Shown here: positions 19,514 through 29,107 of the stretch, in pieces
Layout of the letters: each line of letters starts with the position of its first letter
Numbering within the stretch: position 1 is the first letter of the stretch
Origin: an uncultured Pseudobdellovibrionaceae bacterium
Lineage (GTDB): Bacteria; Bdellovibrionota; Bdellovibrionia; Bdellovibrionales; UBA1609
Assembly: GCA_963803705.1 (NCBI GenBank)
Contig: CAWDNU010000002.1
Span: forward strand, 1 to 64,000
Length of the DNA stretch: 64,000 bases
Direction of reading: 5' to 3'
Translations under genes and position numbers: made by a program
The notes under the pieces: generated by a model
Seen by the model: the letters and a program-made list of their open reading frames with translations, nothing else
What the model was told of the DNA's origin: nothing
Databases searched by the model: none

Positions 19514-19514
19514 T

Positions 19515-22500
19515 ATGATTACGGAAGATCAACTAGAGCAAAACTGTATTGATTGGTTTAAAGAGTTGGGTTGGGATTATGTTTCTGCTTACGACATTGC
19601 GCCTGATTCTGCTAATCCTAAAAGAAAAGACTACAAAGAAGTTATAATCTTAGATGCGCTTAAAGATGCCTTGGTAAAAAATAATCCTAGTTTGCCCAAG
19701 TCTGCAATTGATGAGGCTGTCACAAGAATTGTTCGTCCCCAGTCTCCAATATTAGAAGTAAACAACAGACAGTTTCACCGATTTATTAATGATGGAGTAC
19801 CTGTTGAAATCAGAGTTGATGATCAGATAAAAGGTGATTTTGTTAAGGTCATCGATTTTGAAAAAATAGAAAACAATAGCTTCTTAATTGTGAATCAATT
19901 CACCATCACTGGGAAAAATGGCAACAGAAGACCTGATATTATCGCTTTTATTAATGGCCTTCCTGTAGCTGTCCTAGAGCTTAAAAATTTAGCCGATGAA
20001 AATGCAGACATATGGAAAGCCTTTGAACAGGTTGAAACTTACAAAGAGGAACTCCCTGATTTATTTGCATATAACATAGCTGCAATTATTTCTGATGGTA
20101 TCAATGCGCGTATTGGCTCGATCACTGCGGGCAAAGAACGCTATGGCTATTGGAGAACTCTTAAAACAGAAAAAGATCAGCCAGCTTTTGAATTTGAATT
20201 AGAGACAATGACAAAAGGATTTTTTAATAAACCTCTGCTACTTGATTATATTAGATACTTCATAGTATTTGAAGAAAATGCTGGAAATATAATTAAAAAG
20301 ATTGCTGGTTATCATCAGTTTCACGCGGTTAGGGAAGCGATTAACAGCACAATAGCAGCTACTCAAGATATTAAAGATGGTAAGTGTGGGGTTGTCTGGC
20401 ACACGCAAGGCAGCGGGAAATCCATTTCCATGAGCTGTTATGCCGCTAAGCTAATGCATCACCCACGGATGAACAATCCAACTTTAGTGGTTGTTACAGA
20501 TAGAAATGATCTTGATGGGCAGCTATTTCAAACTTTTGCTAATTCTAAAGAGTTATTAAGAGAAGAACCAGAACAAGCAGATTCAAGAGATGAACTAAGA
20601 AAACTTTTAAACCGCCCTTCTGGTGGAATTATATTTACGACCATTCAAAAGTTTTCATTGATGGACAACGAGGAACACTTTCCAGAACTTACGAACAGAA
20701 GAAATGTGGTCGTGATTTCTGATGAAGCGCATAGAAGCCAGTACGGCCTAAGAGCAAGAGTGAGAGAATCAGATGGTCGAATGATCTATGGATTTGCAAA
20801 ACATTTGAGAGATGCACTTCCCAATGCTGGATTCATCGGTTTTACAGGAACTCCGGTTGCTCAAAATGATAGAGATACAATCGCTGTATTCGGGGATTAT
20901 GTTTCTATCTACGATATTGAACAAGCTGTTAAAGATGGAGCTACTGTTCCAATTTATTATGAATCTCGCCTTGCTGAACTTCAAATGGTTCAACAAGAAA
21001 CAGATTTAGATGCAGAAGTTGATGAGATTATGGAGCAGTCCGAAGAAAGTACAGACACTTATGTGAATGAGCAAAAAACCAAGTGGGCTGCATTGGAAAA
21101 ACTTGTAACTTCTGATTCAAGGGTTAAGCAAGTTACCAAAAATCTTGTTGATCACTGGGAGGATCGTCTTAAGACAATTGATGGCAAAGCCATGATTGTG
21201 TGTATCTCTCGTGAAGCTTGTGTCCAAATGTATAATGAAATTGTAGCATTACGACCAGAGTGGGGTGGGTCGCTTGATGTCAATGGTAGACCAAGTATAA
21301 GTGACGGTTCAGTTCGTGTTGTTATGACGGGTAGTGCAAGTGATAAAAAGCTTTTGAGAACCCATGTTTATGATAAGAAAGGTCGTAAAAAATTAGAGTC
21401 TCGATGTAAAGATGCTACTGACCCTTTAAAAATTGTTATTGTAAGAGACATGTGGCTCACAGGATTTGATGCGCCGATGATGCATACAATGTATATTGAT
21501 AAGCCTATGCGTGGGGCTAATCTCATGCAAGCTATAGCAAGAGTAAATCGAGTTTTTAAAGATAAACCAGGTGGTTTGGTTGTCGATTATCTAGGTATTA
21601 CTAATGAGCTTAGAGAAGCTTTACAGACCTACACACAAAGTAATGGTAGAGGCAAGCCAACCATTGATGTTTATGAAGCTTTGTCTGTGTTACTTGGAAA
21701 AGTTGATTATGCCAGAGATATGCTTAAGAGTGTTGATTATTCAGATTTTGAAAATCCTAAAAAGCTTTTTCCAATAATTGCCCAGGCTTGTGATAAGCTC
21801 CTCGGCGAAAAAGATGGAGTTAAGGATTTTTGTGATGTAGTGGTTGCAATGACAAGGGCTAATGCACTCTGTGGAACTTTAGAGGAAGCCGTGAAGTTAC
21901 GAGAAGAAATCGCCTTCTTCCAAGCAATAAAAGCAGCCCTTACAAAGAAAAACAACGCAGATAAAAGAATTTCTGATGAAGAAGTTCAAAATGCATTAAG
22001 GCAGGTTGTTTCTAAGGCTCTAGCTTCAGACAAAATAGTTGATATTTTTGAAGTCGCAGGGCTTGAAAGCCCAGACATATCTATCTTGTCAGATAGTTTC
22101 CTTGAAGAAGTTAAAGGTATGAAACAAAAAAACCTTGCGGTTGAAATGCTTGCAAGGCTCTTAAAAGGCGAAGTGAAATCCAAAACAGCAACTAACATTA
22201 TTCAAGCTAAGAAGTACTCTGAGTTATTGGGCAATGCTCTTTTAAAGTATAGAAATAGATCTATTGAAACGGCGCAAGTTATTGAAGAACTAATCCAAAT
22301 GGCCAAGAACTTTAAAAAAGAATTGGGCCGTGGAAAAGAGCTGGGACTTAATGATGATGAATTAGCATTTTACGATGCGCTAGCAAATGACGAAGACTCA
22401 GTTCGTGAGCTAGGTGATGAAATTTTAAAAAAGATAGCGCACGAACTAACTCAGCAGCTAAGAAAAACCGTAACAGTTGATTGGGCTAAGCGTGAAAGTG

Positions 22501-22631
22501 TTAGGGCCAGCATTAGAATTAAAATAAAAAGATTATTGAGAAAATACAAATACCCACCAGAAAAGACAGAAGAAGCTATTGCTTTAGTTTTAAAGCAGGC
22601 TGAAACGCTTTCTGAGAGTTGGGTAAATTAA
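19515..22631 (+). CDS. hsdR: Type I R-M restriction subunit
   Basis: RPDI..NGLP..ELK, HTQGSGKS, DEAHRSQY, FTGTP, MWLTGFD, QAIARVNR. Confidence 0.97.
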   Translation: MITEDQLEQNCIDWFKELGWDYVSAYDIAPDSANPKRKDYKEVIILDALKDALVKNNPSLPKSAIDEAVTRIVRPQSPILEVNNRQFHRFINDGVPVEIRVDDQIKGDFVKVIDFEKIENNSFLIVNQFTITGKNGNRRPDIIAFINGLPVAVLELKNLADENADIWKAFEQVETYKEELPDLFAYNIAAIISDGINARIGSITAGKERYGYWRTLKTEKDQPAFEFELETMTKGFFNKPLLLDYIRYFIVFEENAGNIIKKIAGYHQFHAVREAINSTIAATQDIKDGKCGVVWHTQGSGKSISMSCYAAKLMHHPRMNNPTLVVVTDRNDLDGQLFQTFANSKELLREEPEQADSRDELRKLLNRPSGGIIFTTIQKFSLMDNEEHFPELTNRRNVVVISDEAHRSQYGLRARVRESDGRMIYGFAKHLRDALPNAGFIGFTGTPVAQNDRDTIAVFGDYVSIYDIEQAVKDGATVPIYYESRLAELQMVQQETDLDAEVDEIMEQSEESTDTYVNEQKTKWAALEKLVTSDSRVKQVTKNLVDHWEDRLKTIDGKAMIVCISREACVQMYNEIVALRPEWGGSLDVNGRPSISDGSVRVVMTGSASDKKLLRTHVYDKKGRKKLESRCKDATDPLKIVIVRDMWLTGFDAPMMHTMYIDKPMRGANLMQAIARVNRVFKDKPGGLVVDYLGITNELREALQTYTQSNGRGKPTIDVYEALSVLLGKVDYARDMLKSVDYSDFENPKKLFPIIAQACDKLLGEKDGVKDFCDVVVAMTRANALCGTLEEAVKLREEIAFFQAIKAALTKKNNADKRISDEEVQNALRQVVSKALASDKIVDIFEVAGLESPDISILSDSFLEEVKGMKQKNLAVEMLARLLKGEVKSKTATNIIQAKKYSELLGNALLKYRNRSIETAQVIEELIQMAKNFKKELGRGKELGLNDDELAFYDALANDEDSVRELGDEILKKIAHELTQQLRKTVTVDWAKRESVRASIRIKIKRLLRKYKYPPEKTEEAIALVLKQAETLSESWVN

Positions 22632-22647
22632 TATTAGGAATGAATAA

Positions 22648-23457
22648 ATGCTCCATATTACTCAATGGCTAAATAAGTTATCTAGCATTTCATCCTCTGA
22701 GGGTAGAGACATTGAAGTATATCAATTTAATCATCAACAAGATCCAACAATACTCTCAGCATGGGCAAAACACTTCAGAGAGCATTATTGCCCAGACAAT
22801 ATTATTGACGACTTAATATCTGGGACCAAACTTTCACGTAAAGATTATTTTGAACAGATCGTTTTTCCTGATAAGGCATTAGCTCCCGGTCCTTCGATTC
22901 GGTCGGGTGATTTTGGAGAGCTGTTAGTAGCCGATTATTTACAATTTTCTCTGAACTATTGGGTGCCAAGAATCAGAATGGAGAATAAAGCCGTACGAAA
23001 TGAGTCCATCAAAGGTTGTGATGTTATTGGCTTTAAAATAGTACATCAGGGTGAAATCTCAGACGATGATGAATTAGCGATATATGAGTGTAAGGCGAGC
23101 TTATCGCGAGTTAGTGGAGAAAATCGCCTACAAACAGCAATTAATGATTCTGCAAAAGATACATTAAGAAAAGCTGAAGCTTTAAATTTTTTAAAAAGAA
23201 AATTGATAGAGAAATCAGATCAAATGTGGAAAAATGTTGAAAGATTCCAAAATCCTGAAGATGACTCATACAAAGAAACAAACGGCGCAGCTGCAATTTT
23301 ATCAAGTAATATTTTTGATCATATGCATGCAAAATTTATTTCAACCGAAGGAAATCAACATCCCAACTTTTTGGGACTTAAGCTTTTAATTATACATGGT
23401 GATAACCTAATGCAATTCGTAAATGCCTTATATGAAAGGGCTGCTAATGAAGCCTAG
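22648..23457 (+). CDS. hamA: Hachiman HamA-like (DUF1837) nuclease
   Basis: SGDFGELL, KGCDVIG, YECKA PD-(D/E)xK-type motifs; overlapped by a helicase-type N-terminus. Confidence 0.75.
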   Translation: MLHITQWLNKLSSISSSEGRDIEVYQFNHQQDPTILSAWAKHFREHYCPDNIIDDLISGTKLSRKDYFEQIVFPDKALAPGPSIRSGDFGELLVADYLQFSLNYWVPRIRMENKAVRNESIKGCDVIGFKIVHQGEISDDDELAIYECKASLSRVSGENRLQTAINDSAKDTLRKAEALNFLKRKLIEKSDQMWKNVERFQNPEDDSYKETNGAAAILSSNIFDHMHAKFISTEGNQHPNFLGLKLLIIHGDNLMQFVNALYERAANEA

Positions 23458-23784
23458 AAAAAACTCCAGAAGTCTCCTTGGTGTAACAAGGTCAAAAGCA
23501 AAAATGTATGAATACTCAGTGCCTGAAGACCACCATATCAAAATAACTAGAAATCCTTCCCATCTTTTTCCAATATCAATTGCGCTTTTAGGTGATGTTG
23601 CAGCTGATTTATGTCGCCCTGATGCTAATCGAGAGACCTTGAGAAAAAATATAAATGAGTTAGCTTTCTCAGCTCTTTTTTTTGACTCTTATATACAAAC
23701 TTATCTTAACGATGAATTGGATGAGTACTTATCTTTACTAGCTGCTGCCGCATACTATCTATGCGATTTGCCAGGTAGTGCAAC
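23447..23784 (+). pseudogene. hamB: HamB-like SF2 helicase, 5' fragment truncated by IS3
   Basis: Overlaps the hamA stop; TRSKAKMYEY N-terminus as recalled for helicases paired with HamA; reading frame runs into the IS left end at 23785; no helicase motifs remain to confirm. Confidence 0.6.
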
Positions 23785-25040
23785 TGGACCTCCCCAAATT
23801 TAGTAGACAGTTTTCTCTTAAGCAGGTAACCCCAAATAGAGGAGTGAATCTGTGGGAAAGACAAAGAAATTCAGTAAAGAATTCAAAATCGAAGCAACAA
23901 AGTTAAGTGCAGAAATTGGTTTAGTCAAAGCCGCTGAACAGTTAGGTGTTGGTGCATCTACAATCAGCCGCTGGAAGTCTGAATTTAAATCTGGTGACTT
24001 AAATTCTAATGTTGAAAAAAAACCTACCAAGAGCTTGAAGCTGAAAATTGAAAGCTTAAAAAAGAAATTGGTTATATAAAGCAAATCAATGATGTTCTAA
24101 AAAAAAGCACTGCGATCTTTTCAAACGAACAGATTGGCGGTTTCAAGTTATGAAAAGTCTAAGTTCAAATATTCCAATTTGCTTTTTATCCACTTACTTT
24201 AAAGTCAGCCGTTGTGGTTAATACAAATGGCTTAAGCAACAAGAACCTAAAAGTTTGATTATAAAATCAAAAGTTCAAAGTGAAATAACGCGTATTTTTG
24301 AAATGAGTAAAGACACTTACGGATCACCTAGGATTTATGAGGAGCTTAAAAGTTTGGGTTATACAGTTAGCCTTAATACGGTTGCAAAACACATGAGTGA
24401 ATTGGAACTAGATGCAAGACTTAAGAAGCGATTTAGGGTTTCTACCACAGACTCTAATCATAGTTTTCCAATAGCTAAAAGACAGTTTAAGACGGAAGAC
24501 TTAAGTACAATGCCCAAGGGGCCTTACGAGGTCCTGGCCGGTGATATTACGTATTTAAAACTTGGGTCTGGTCACTATTATTTAGCCGTAGTGATCGACC
24601 TGTATAATCGTGAAGTTATAGGTTGGTCTATGAAGGATCATTTAAAAAGTGACCTTGTAATAGACGCGCTTAAAAGTTCATTTTTAAATTGGAATAAAAA
24701 AACAAAAATTATTTTTCATTCTGATCGTGGTGTGCAATATGCATCAAATGCTTCTAGAGATTTCATTGAAGAAAATGAAGTGCTGCCTAGCATGTCACGA
24801 AAAGGTAATTGCTATGACAATCCTTATGTTGAAAGTTTTTTTGCAAGTTTAAAAAAAGAATGTGTTTATAGAAAAAAGTACAACACCGAACAGCAATTAC
24901 GACAAATAATATTTGAATATATTGAGACTTGGTATAACACTAAAAGAAGACACAGCTCTTTAGGCTACTAAAGCCCAAAGCAGTTTAAAAAAATAACTTC
25001 TGTTTAAAAGAATAGTGTCTACTTTTTTTGGGGAATTCCA
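23785..25040 (+). mobile_element. IS3-family insertion sequence, degenerate (1256 bp)
   Basis: TG...CA ends; IRL TGGACCTCCCCAAATTTAGTAGACA vs IRR(rc) TGGAATTCCCCAAAAAAAGTAGACA; no target duplication. Confidence 0.92.
23852..25007 (+). pseudogene. IS3 transposase orfA/orfB, disrupted
   Basis: orfA HTH (FSKEFKIEA) with frameshift; A8 slippery run near 24099; orfB GDITY, HSDRGVQY, GNCYDN..ESFF, RRHSSLGY with premature stops near 24219 and 24969. Confidence 0.85.
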
Positions 25041-25301
25041 GTTAGGGCTTTCTGTGAGGGGGTTGGACTTCCATCAATAAAGTTTCATACTTTCAGATCC
25101 TGCTTTGCTACTCAATTGATAAAGGATGGAATTGCGCCTGCAGTTGTTATGAAAATCTGCGGATGGAAAGACTTAAAAACCATGCAAAGGTACATAAGAT
25201 TAGCAGGTATTGAGGTTAAAGGAGCAACTCACAATTTAAAAGTTCTTCCGAGCAGAGATGTGATGGGAAGAGTTGTGGAGCTTTTTAAATCTCAATCATA
25301 A
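25041..25301 (+). pseudogene. Tyrosine integrase C-terminal remnant
   Basis: In frame from the IS end: VRAFCEGVGLPSIKFHTFRSCFATQL..GWKDLKTMQRY (HxxR, GW, catalytic Y). Confidence 0.88.
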
Positions 25302-25319
25302 TTCCATATAACTACAAAT

Positions 25320-25347
25320 TAGGCCTTTTAGAGAACTAGAAGGCCTA
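25320..25347. terminator. Hairpin downstream of the integrase remnant
   Basis: TAGGCCTTTTAG-agaa-CTAGAAGGCCTA stem; no clear U tract. Confidence 0.4.
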
Positions 25348-25375
25348 AGTACCTGGATTTTCAGGAGATGGCTTT

Positions 25376-25388
25376 CCACCTCCAATTT
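25376..25388 (+). repeat. att-like core, right copy
   Basis: CCACCTCCAATTT identical to 6003-6015, 75 bp after the integrase stop. Confidence 0.7.
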
Positions 25389-25601
25389 GGTGAGTAGAAA
25401 AAGTCCCTTTACTGGGCAAAATCGTAAGTATTTAATATTAATAAAGAACTGGTTGATTGATTAAATCGATTTCAGGAATTTTGGCACTCACTTTGTTTCA
25501 TCATATTTCATAAGATTGCTGATTAGTTGCTACTCTCATGCTACTCAGTTCTCTTGTTTTTAATAAAATAAAAAGCGTCGCATGATTAGATCTTATGTTT
25601 A

Positions 25602-26258
25602 TTAGTCTTTTATGATTAATTTGTTAGAAAGCTCGTTGGTATTATTTATTTTAATTGGAAAGTTTTTTGATAAAGTTGTAGCGCATTTAGCTATGGCGTT
25701 AACGAACGCCGAGCCAAGATCTTTATTTTTTGCACCTACCAAAAGAATATTAACGACATCGTCCCAGGTTTCCGAAGGGAGGGGTTCTGATATATTTTTA
25801 TCCACTAAGACAATGGCTTTCCGATCTTGCAAAGATATGAAAAGCAATACAGCGTTTGAGCTTTTAGTACTATCTAACTTATGGTGATAAAATTCATTCA
25901 TTGCTCTAGCCAAAGTTTGCGATTCAAGATCTTGATTAGGCATAGATAATCTTTGAAGCAAGGGAAATTTAGCTAAAAACCCAGCGACAATAAAGCTTAC
26001 CGTAATCCAAATAATTTCAAATATCCAATAGTTTTCGTAGTTACCACTTAGGTATCTATCCGCTCTTGCAATATAATAAATTAACATTAAGAAGAAAAAT
26101 AAAATAATAAATGTGTGACCTATGGTAGAAGATCTTTTTACGACCATAGGAACTATTTCACAATCTGTTTTTAACTCGGCTGCCTTTATAGAGTTTTCGA
26201 TCGAAATAAGGTCTTCAGATTTAACATATTTTTCTAACCACTTTGGAATCATTACCAT
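25602..26258 (-). CDS. TPM-domain membrane protein
   Basis: AE.KT..EIVP, AVLLFISL.DRKAIVL.D, NELSN; in lemA operon. Confidence 0.85.
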   Translation of the reverse strand: MVMIPKWLEKYVKSEDLISIENSIKAAELKTDCEIVPMVVKRSSTIGHTFIILFFFLMLIYYIARADRYLSGNYENYWIFEIIWITVSFIVAGFLAKFPLLQRLSMPNQDLESQTLARAMNEFYHHKLDSTKSSNAVLLFISLQDRKAIVLVDKNISEPLPSETWDDVVNILLVGAKNKDLGSAFVNAIAKCATTLSKNFPIKINNTNELSNKLIIKD

Positions 26259-26980
26259 CCTCCCGAGGCGCCGCCGCCACTAAATCCACCGCCACCACCA
26301 GACCAACCACCGCCGCGCCGTCCACGTCTTCCACTTCCAGACATAAGCAAAAAGAAGAGAGCTGGGTTTCGAGCCCCTAAAAAGATAAAGAAGATAAGTA
26401 ATATTATTTTTAACAAGGTGGAAATTGGATTATTTGCTTCGGTGTTCAGAGTCTTTGACTGAAACCCACTATTTTCAAAAGCGTTTTCAACTGAGAAGTT
26501 GGGGTCGGTATATTTTATAATATTCAAAAGACCTAGAGTTATGCCGCTCTCTGGTGAGCCCGCCTTAAAAAGTGGTAACATAATTTCGTCAATAATTCTT
26601 TTAGAATATGCATCAGTAAGCTGGCCCTCAAGGCCCTGACCAACTTCAATTCTGATTCGACGCTCAGCTTTAGCAATAAGAAGTAGGACTCCATTATCAG
26701 CGTCTTTACTACCAAGTTTCCACTGATCTGTAATTTGAATAGAAGCTTGTTCGATTTCAATTCCGCCCAAATTTTCTAAAGTAAGAACTTGTACCTGACT
26801 TCCACCCTGACTAACAAGCTTGTTAAGAACACTAGCTAATTTAAGTTCTTGGTCCTTTGGCAAAAAGTTAGCTTGATCAATTACTGAAGAAGAAAGCTTT
26901 GGAATTTTTAAAGCTGCTAATGAACTTAAACTAGATAAAACAGAAAAAAGTATTAAAGCTAAGCTTTTGTATAAGTTCAA
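26252..26980 (-). CDS. TPM-domain protein (YgcG-like)
   Basis: DNGVLLLIA..ERRIRIEVG.GLEG; Gly-rich GGGGGFSGGGASGGW tail. Confidence 0.92.
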   Translation of the reverse strand: MNLYKSLALILFSVLSSLSSLAALKIPKLSSSVIDQANFLPKDQELKLASVLNKLVSQGGSQVQVLTLENLGGIEIEQASIQITDQWKLGSKDADNGVLLLIAKAERRIRIEVGQGLEGQLTDAYSKRIIDEIMLPLFKAGSPESGITLGLLNIIKYTDPNFSVENAFENSGFQSKTLNTEANNPISTLLKIILLIFFIFLGARNPALFFLLMSGSGRRGRRGGGWSGGGGGFSGGGASGGW

Positions 26981-27552
26981 AATTCGACCTTAGGTGATTC
27001 TTTAATTGCTTCTGCATTAGTAGTGGTCCACTGGGGCATTTTTTTGTAATGAAAAAACAAACTGTTACTTAAGCTTGTTGGAAAAACAGTGACCAGATTA
27101 TTAAATTGCAAAATATTTTCGATATGTCGTTGTCTTGCGATTGTTATTCTATTTTCGGTTCCTTCTAATTGAGCTTGAAGTTCTCGAAAATTCCTGTCCG
27201 ACTTTAGGTCAGGGTATTTTTCAACTACAACCATTAGCCTAGACAGAGCGGAACTAAGTCCACTTTGAGCTTGCTGAAATTTGGCGACAGACTCTGCATC
27301 TGACGTATTAATATTGGTAGAAGTCGCTTTTGCACGTGCTTCAACAACAGCTGTTAGTGTGTCCTTTTCTTGTTTGGCATACCCTTTTACTGTGTTTACT
27401 AGATTAGGAATTAAATCAGCCCTTCTTTTGTACTGGTTGGTCATTTCTGCTTGAGATGACTCAGTCTTGTTGTAAGTTTGCGGTATCGATTGGATACCGC
27501 AGCCAGCACCAAAAATTAGAAAGAGTAGAATTAAACAAATTTTTATTTTCAC
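26977..27552 (-). CDS. lemA: LemA family protein
   Basis: YKRRADLIPNLV.TVKGYA, YPDLK, LEGTENRI. Confidence 0.95.
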   Translation of the reverse strand: MKIKICLILLFLIFGAGCGIQSIPQTYNKTESSQAEMTNQYKRRADLIPNLVNTVKGYAKQEKDTLTAVVEARAKATSTNINTSDAESVAKFQQAQSGLSSALSRLMVVVEKYPDLKSDRNFRELQAQLEGTENRITIARQRHIENILQFNNLVTVFPTSLSNSLFFHYKKMPQWTTTNAEAIKESPKVEF

Positions 27553-28154
27553 ATTGACCTCACGATTTTATAAATTTATTCCCTGAATACTAACAAGCTG
27601 AAGGCTATTAATCTAGTCATTAAGCCGAGATTATACTCAAAACGTAATTAGAATTCATGAAAACAAATCAGTTCACAAATTCGACAGCAATTAATTTTAA
27701 GCAACAAAAGAAATTTTAATGTTTATGATAATTTCTTGTTAGTTTTTTTTAAGAATTTAAAGTAAAGGTTAGGGATGCTTCAATTTGTCCTAAATCCTTA
27801 TTTCAGAACTGCAGTATATCTTGGGTTTGATTCAAGTAAAAAAGGTTGTAGATGCAAAAATTGAAAAAAAAGTTATACTCTTAGTCCAAGTACACGTTTG
27901 AAAACGAGATCAACCAATTTTTTCAGCTTATTTGCAAAAAGATCTTAAGCCTACCCTTAATCTTATGATGCAGTTAAAAAAATCATTAGAAAATTATTAT
28001 TATCAACATATCTACTAGGTCACTAAGCTTCCTTTGAAGTTCTTAAAAAAAAGTTTTAATACTCAAAGAATTCAAATTTAGATAGTATAATATTTGATGT
28101 ACAGTTAACATACTAATTCTTAACTAGATGAAATTAGACTCGAAGGAGTGAAAA

Positions 28155-28337
28155 ATGTTGTATTTGGCGGTGATATTCTTTTTGATTTCGATTGTAAGCG
28201 GGTTGCTAGGGTTAGGTGGAATTGCAGGAATTACGATGGGAATAGCAAAGTTTTTAGTATTTATATTTCTGGTATTAGCAATTATCTTTCTACTTTTAGC
28301 TTTTTGGGGTGTGAAAAAACTAAAAGATAAACTGTAA
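28155..28337 (+). CDS. DUF1328 (YtjA-like) small membrane protein
   Basis: ML..AVIFF.I.IV.GLLGLGGIAG....IAKFL.FIFL; AAGGAG SD. Confidence 0.85.
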   Translation: MLYLAVIFFLISIVSGLLGLGGIAGITMGIAKFLVFIFLVLAIIFLLLAFWGVKKLKDKL

Positions 28338-28377
28338 GGTATTGCATTTGATCTTAGAACAAAAATTTTTATTTTAA

Positions 28378-28599
28378 TTGGCCGAACATGCAAATGCACT
28401 AATTATCAATCCCATTGAGATGGGCATGGCTAGTCATGATTTGGCGTCAGATAAAATTAAAGAGATCAAGCGTTACCAAATTTCTTTCGGTAGAGTTTTT
28501 CCCGATAGCGAAAAGCCTATAGGTATATGTATCGCTACAAAAGCGATTGCAGCCTTCCAAGTAACACTTACTGCTTTGGACACCCCATACGACCGTAAA
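28378..28599 (+). pseudogene. Internal fragment of a cytochrome c peroxidase paralog
   Basis: About 43/74 aa identical by hand alignment to the protein segment encoded at 32242-32463; no heme motifs. Confidence 0.8.
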
Positions 28600-28608
28600 A
28601 CTCTTTTA

Positions 28609-28637
28609 TTGACATACTTGCGCAAAAATGCAAACAT
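28609..28637 (+). promoter_or_regulatory. arsR promoter/operator
   Basis: TTGACA 28609-28614; imperfect inverted repeat ATACTTGCG-caaaaa-TGCAAACAT just before the ATG; no SD, possibly leaderless. Confidence 0.5.
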
Positions 28638-28642
28638 AACTC

Positions 28643-28933
28643 ATGGACAAGAAACTTCAAGATACTGCTGATTTTTTGAAGGCGCTTGGCGAATTTAATA
28701 GGCTCTCGCTAGTTTATAGGCTTTGCGAATGTAGGCTTCCACAAAATGTTATGTGTCTATGCGACTGTTGTAGCGTAGATGCATCTGTTGCTTCAAGGCA
28801 TCTTAAAATTTTAGAGCGTGAAAACGTAATAAAACTTGAAAAAAGGGGAAGAGAAAGGATCTACTCTTTGAATCGAGGAAAAGTGGCCAAAAAACTAAGA
28901 GATCTTGCTGACAAAATTGATAAGCCATTTTAA
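28643..28933 (+). CDS. ArsR/SmtB-family metalloregulator, Cys-rich
   Basis: FLKALG..NRL, LCEC..MCLCDCC, SRHLKIL, KRGRERIYSL. Confidence 0.9.
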   Translation: MDKKLQDTADFLKALGEFNRLSLVYRLCECRLPQNVMCLCDCCSVDASVASRHLKILERENVIKLEKRGRERIYSLNRGKVAKKLRDLADKIDKPF

Positions 28934-28955
28934 AAAAAAACTAAAAGGAGAAAAT

Positions 28956-29048
28956 ATGAAAGAAAAAAAATGTACATGTAACTGTAGAGATAAAAAGTGC
29001 TGTTTAGAAAAATCTTGTCAGTGTTGTTCTGATTTATGTTGTTGTTAA
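28956..29048 (+). CDS. Metallothionein-like 30-aa peptide (not in ORF track)
   Basis: AAAGGAG SD; MKEKKCTCNCRDKKCCLEKSCQCCSDLCCC (11 Cys); 22 bp after the arsR stop. Confidence 0.8.
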   Translation: MKEKKCTCNCRDKKCCLEKSCQCCSDLCCC

Positions 29049-29107
29049 AATTATTCTAAACGCATGGAGTGTATATGCCTCTTGAGCAATAAGTGATATC
29101 CAACTGT

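Larger units (their letters stand above)
6003..25388. mobile_element. Decayed integrative defence island (~19.4 kb)
   Basis: 13-bp terminal direct repeats, tyrosine integrase remnant at the right end, excisionase-like HTH, XRE repressor, several defence genes. Confidence 0.8.

Noticed and set aside
15462..22631. MADS defence system
   Set aside because: An HTH precedes the methyltransferase, but the following genes are standard hsdM/S/R with no MADS kinase or ATPase genes
23787..23801. Third att core (GACCTCCCCAAATTT)
   Set aside because: It is part of the IS3 left inverted repeat and only loosely similar
27560..28120. Long AT-rich intergenic region as a possible ncRNA or pseudogene
   Set aside because: No recognisable ORF remnant, repeat or stable structure found by eye
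28148..28330. Alternative-frame 60-aa ORF and antisense ORF 28124-28399
   Set aside because: Shadows of the DUF1328 gene, which has the SD and the family motif
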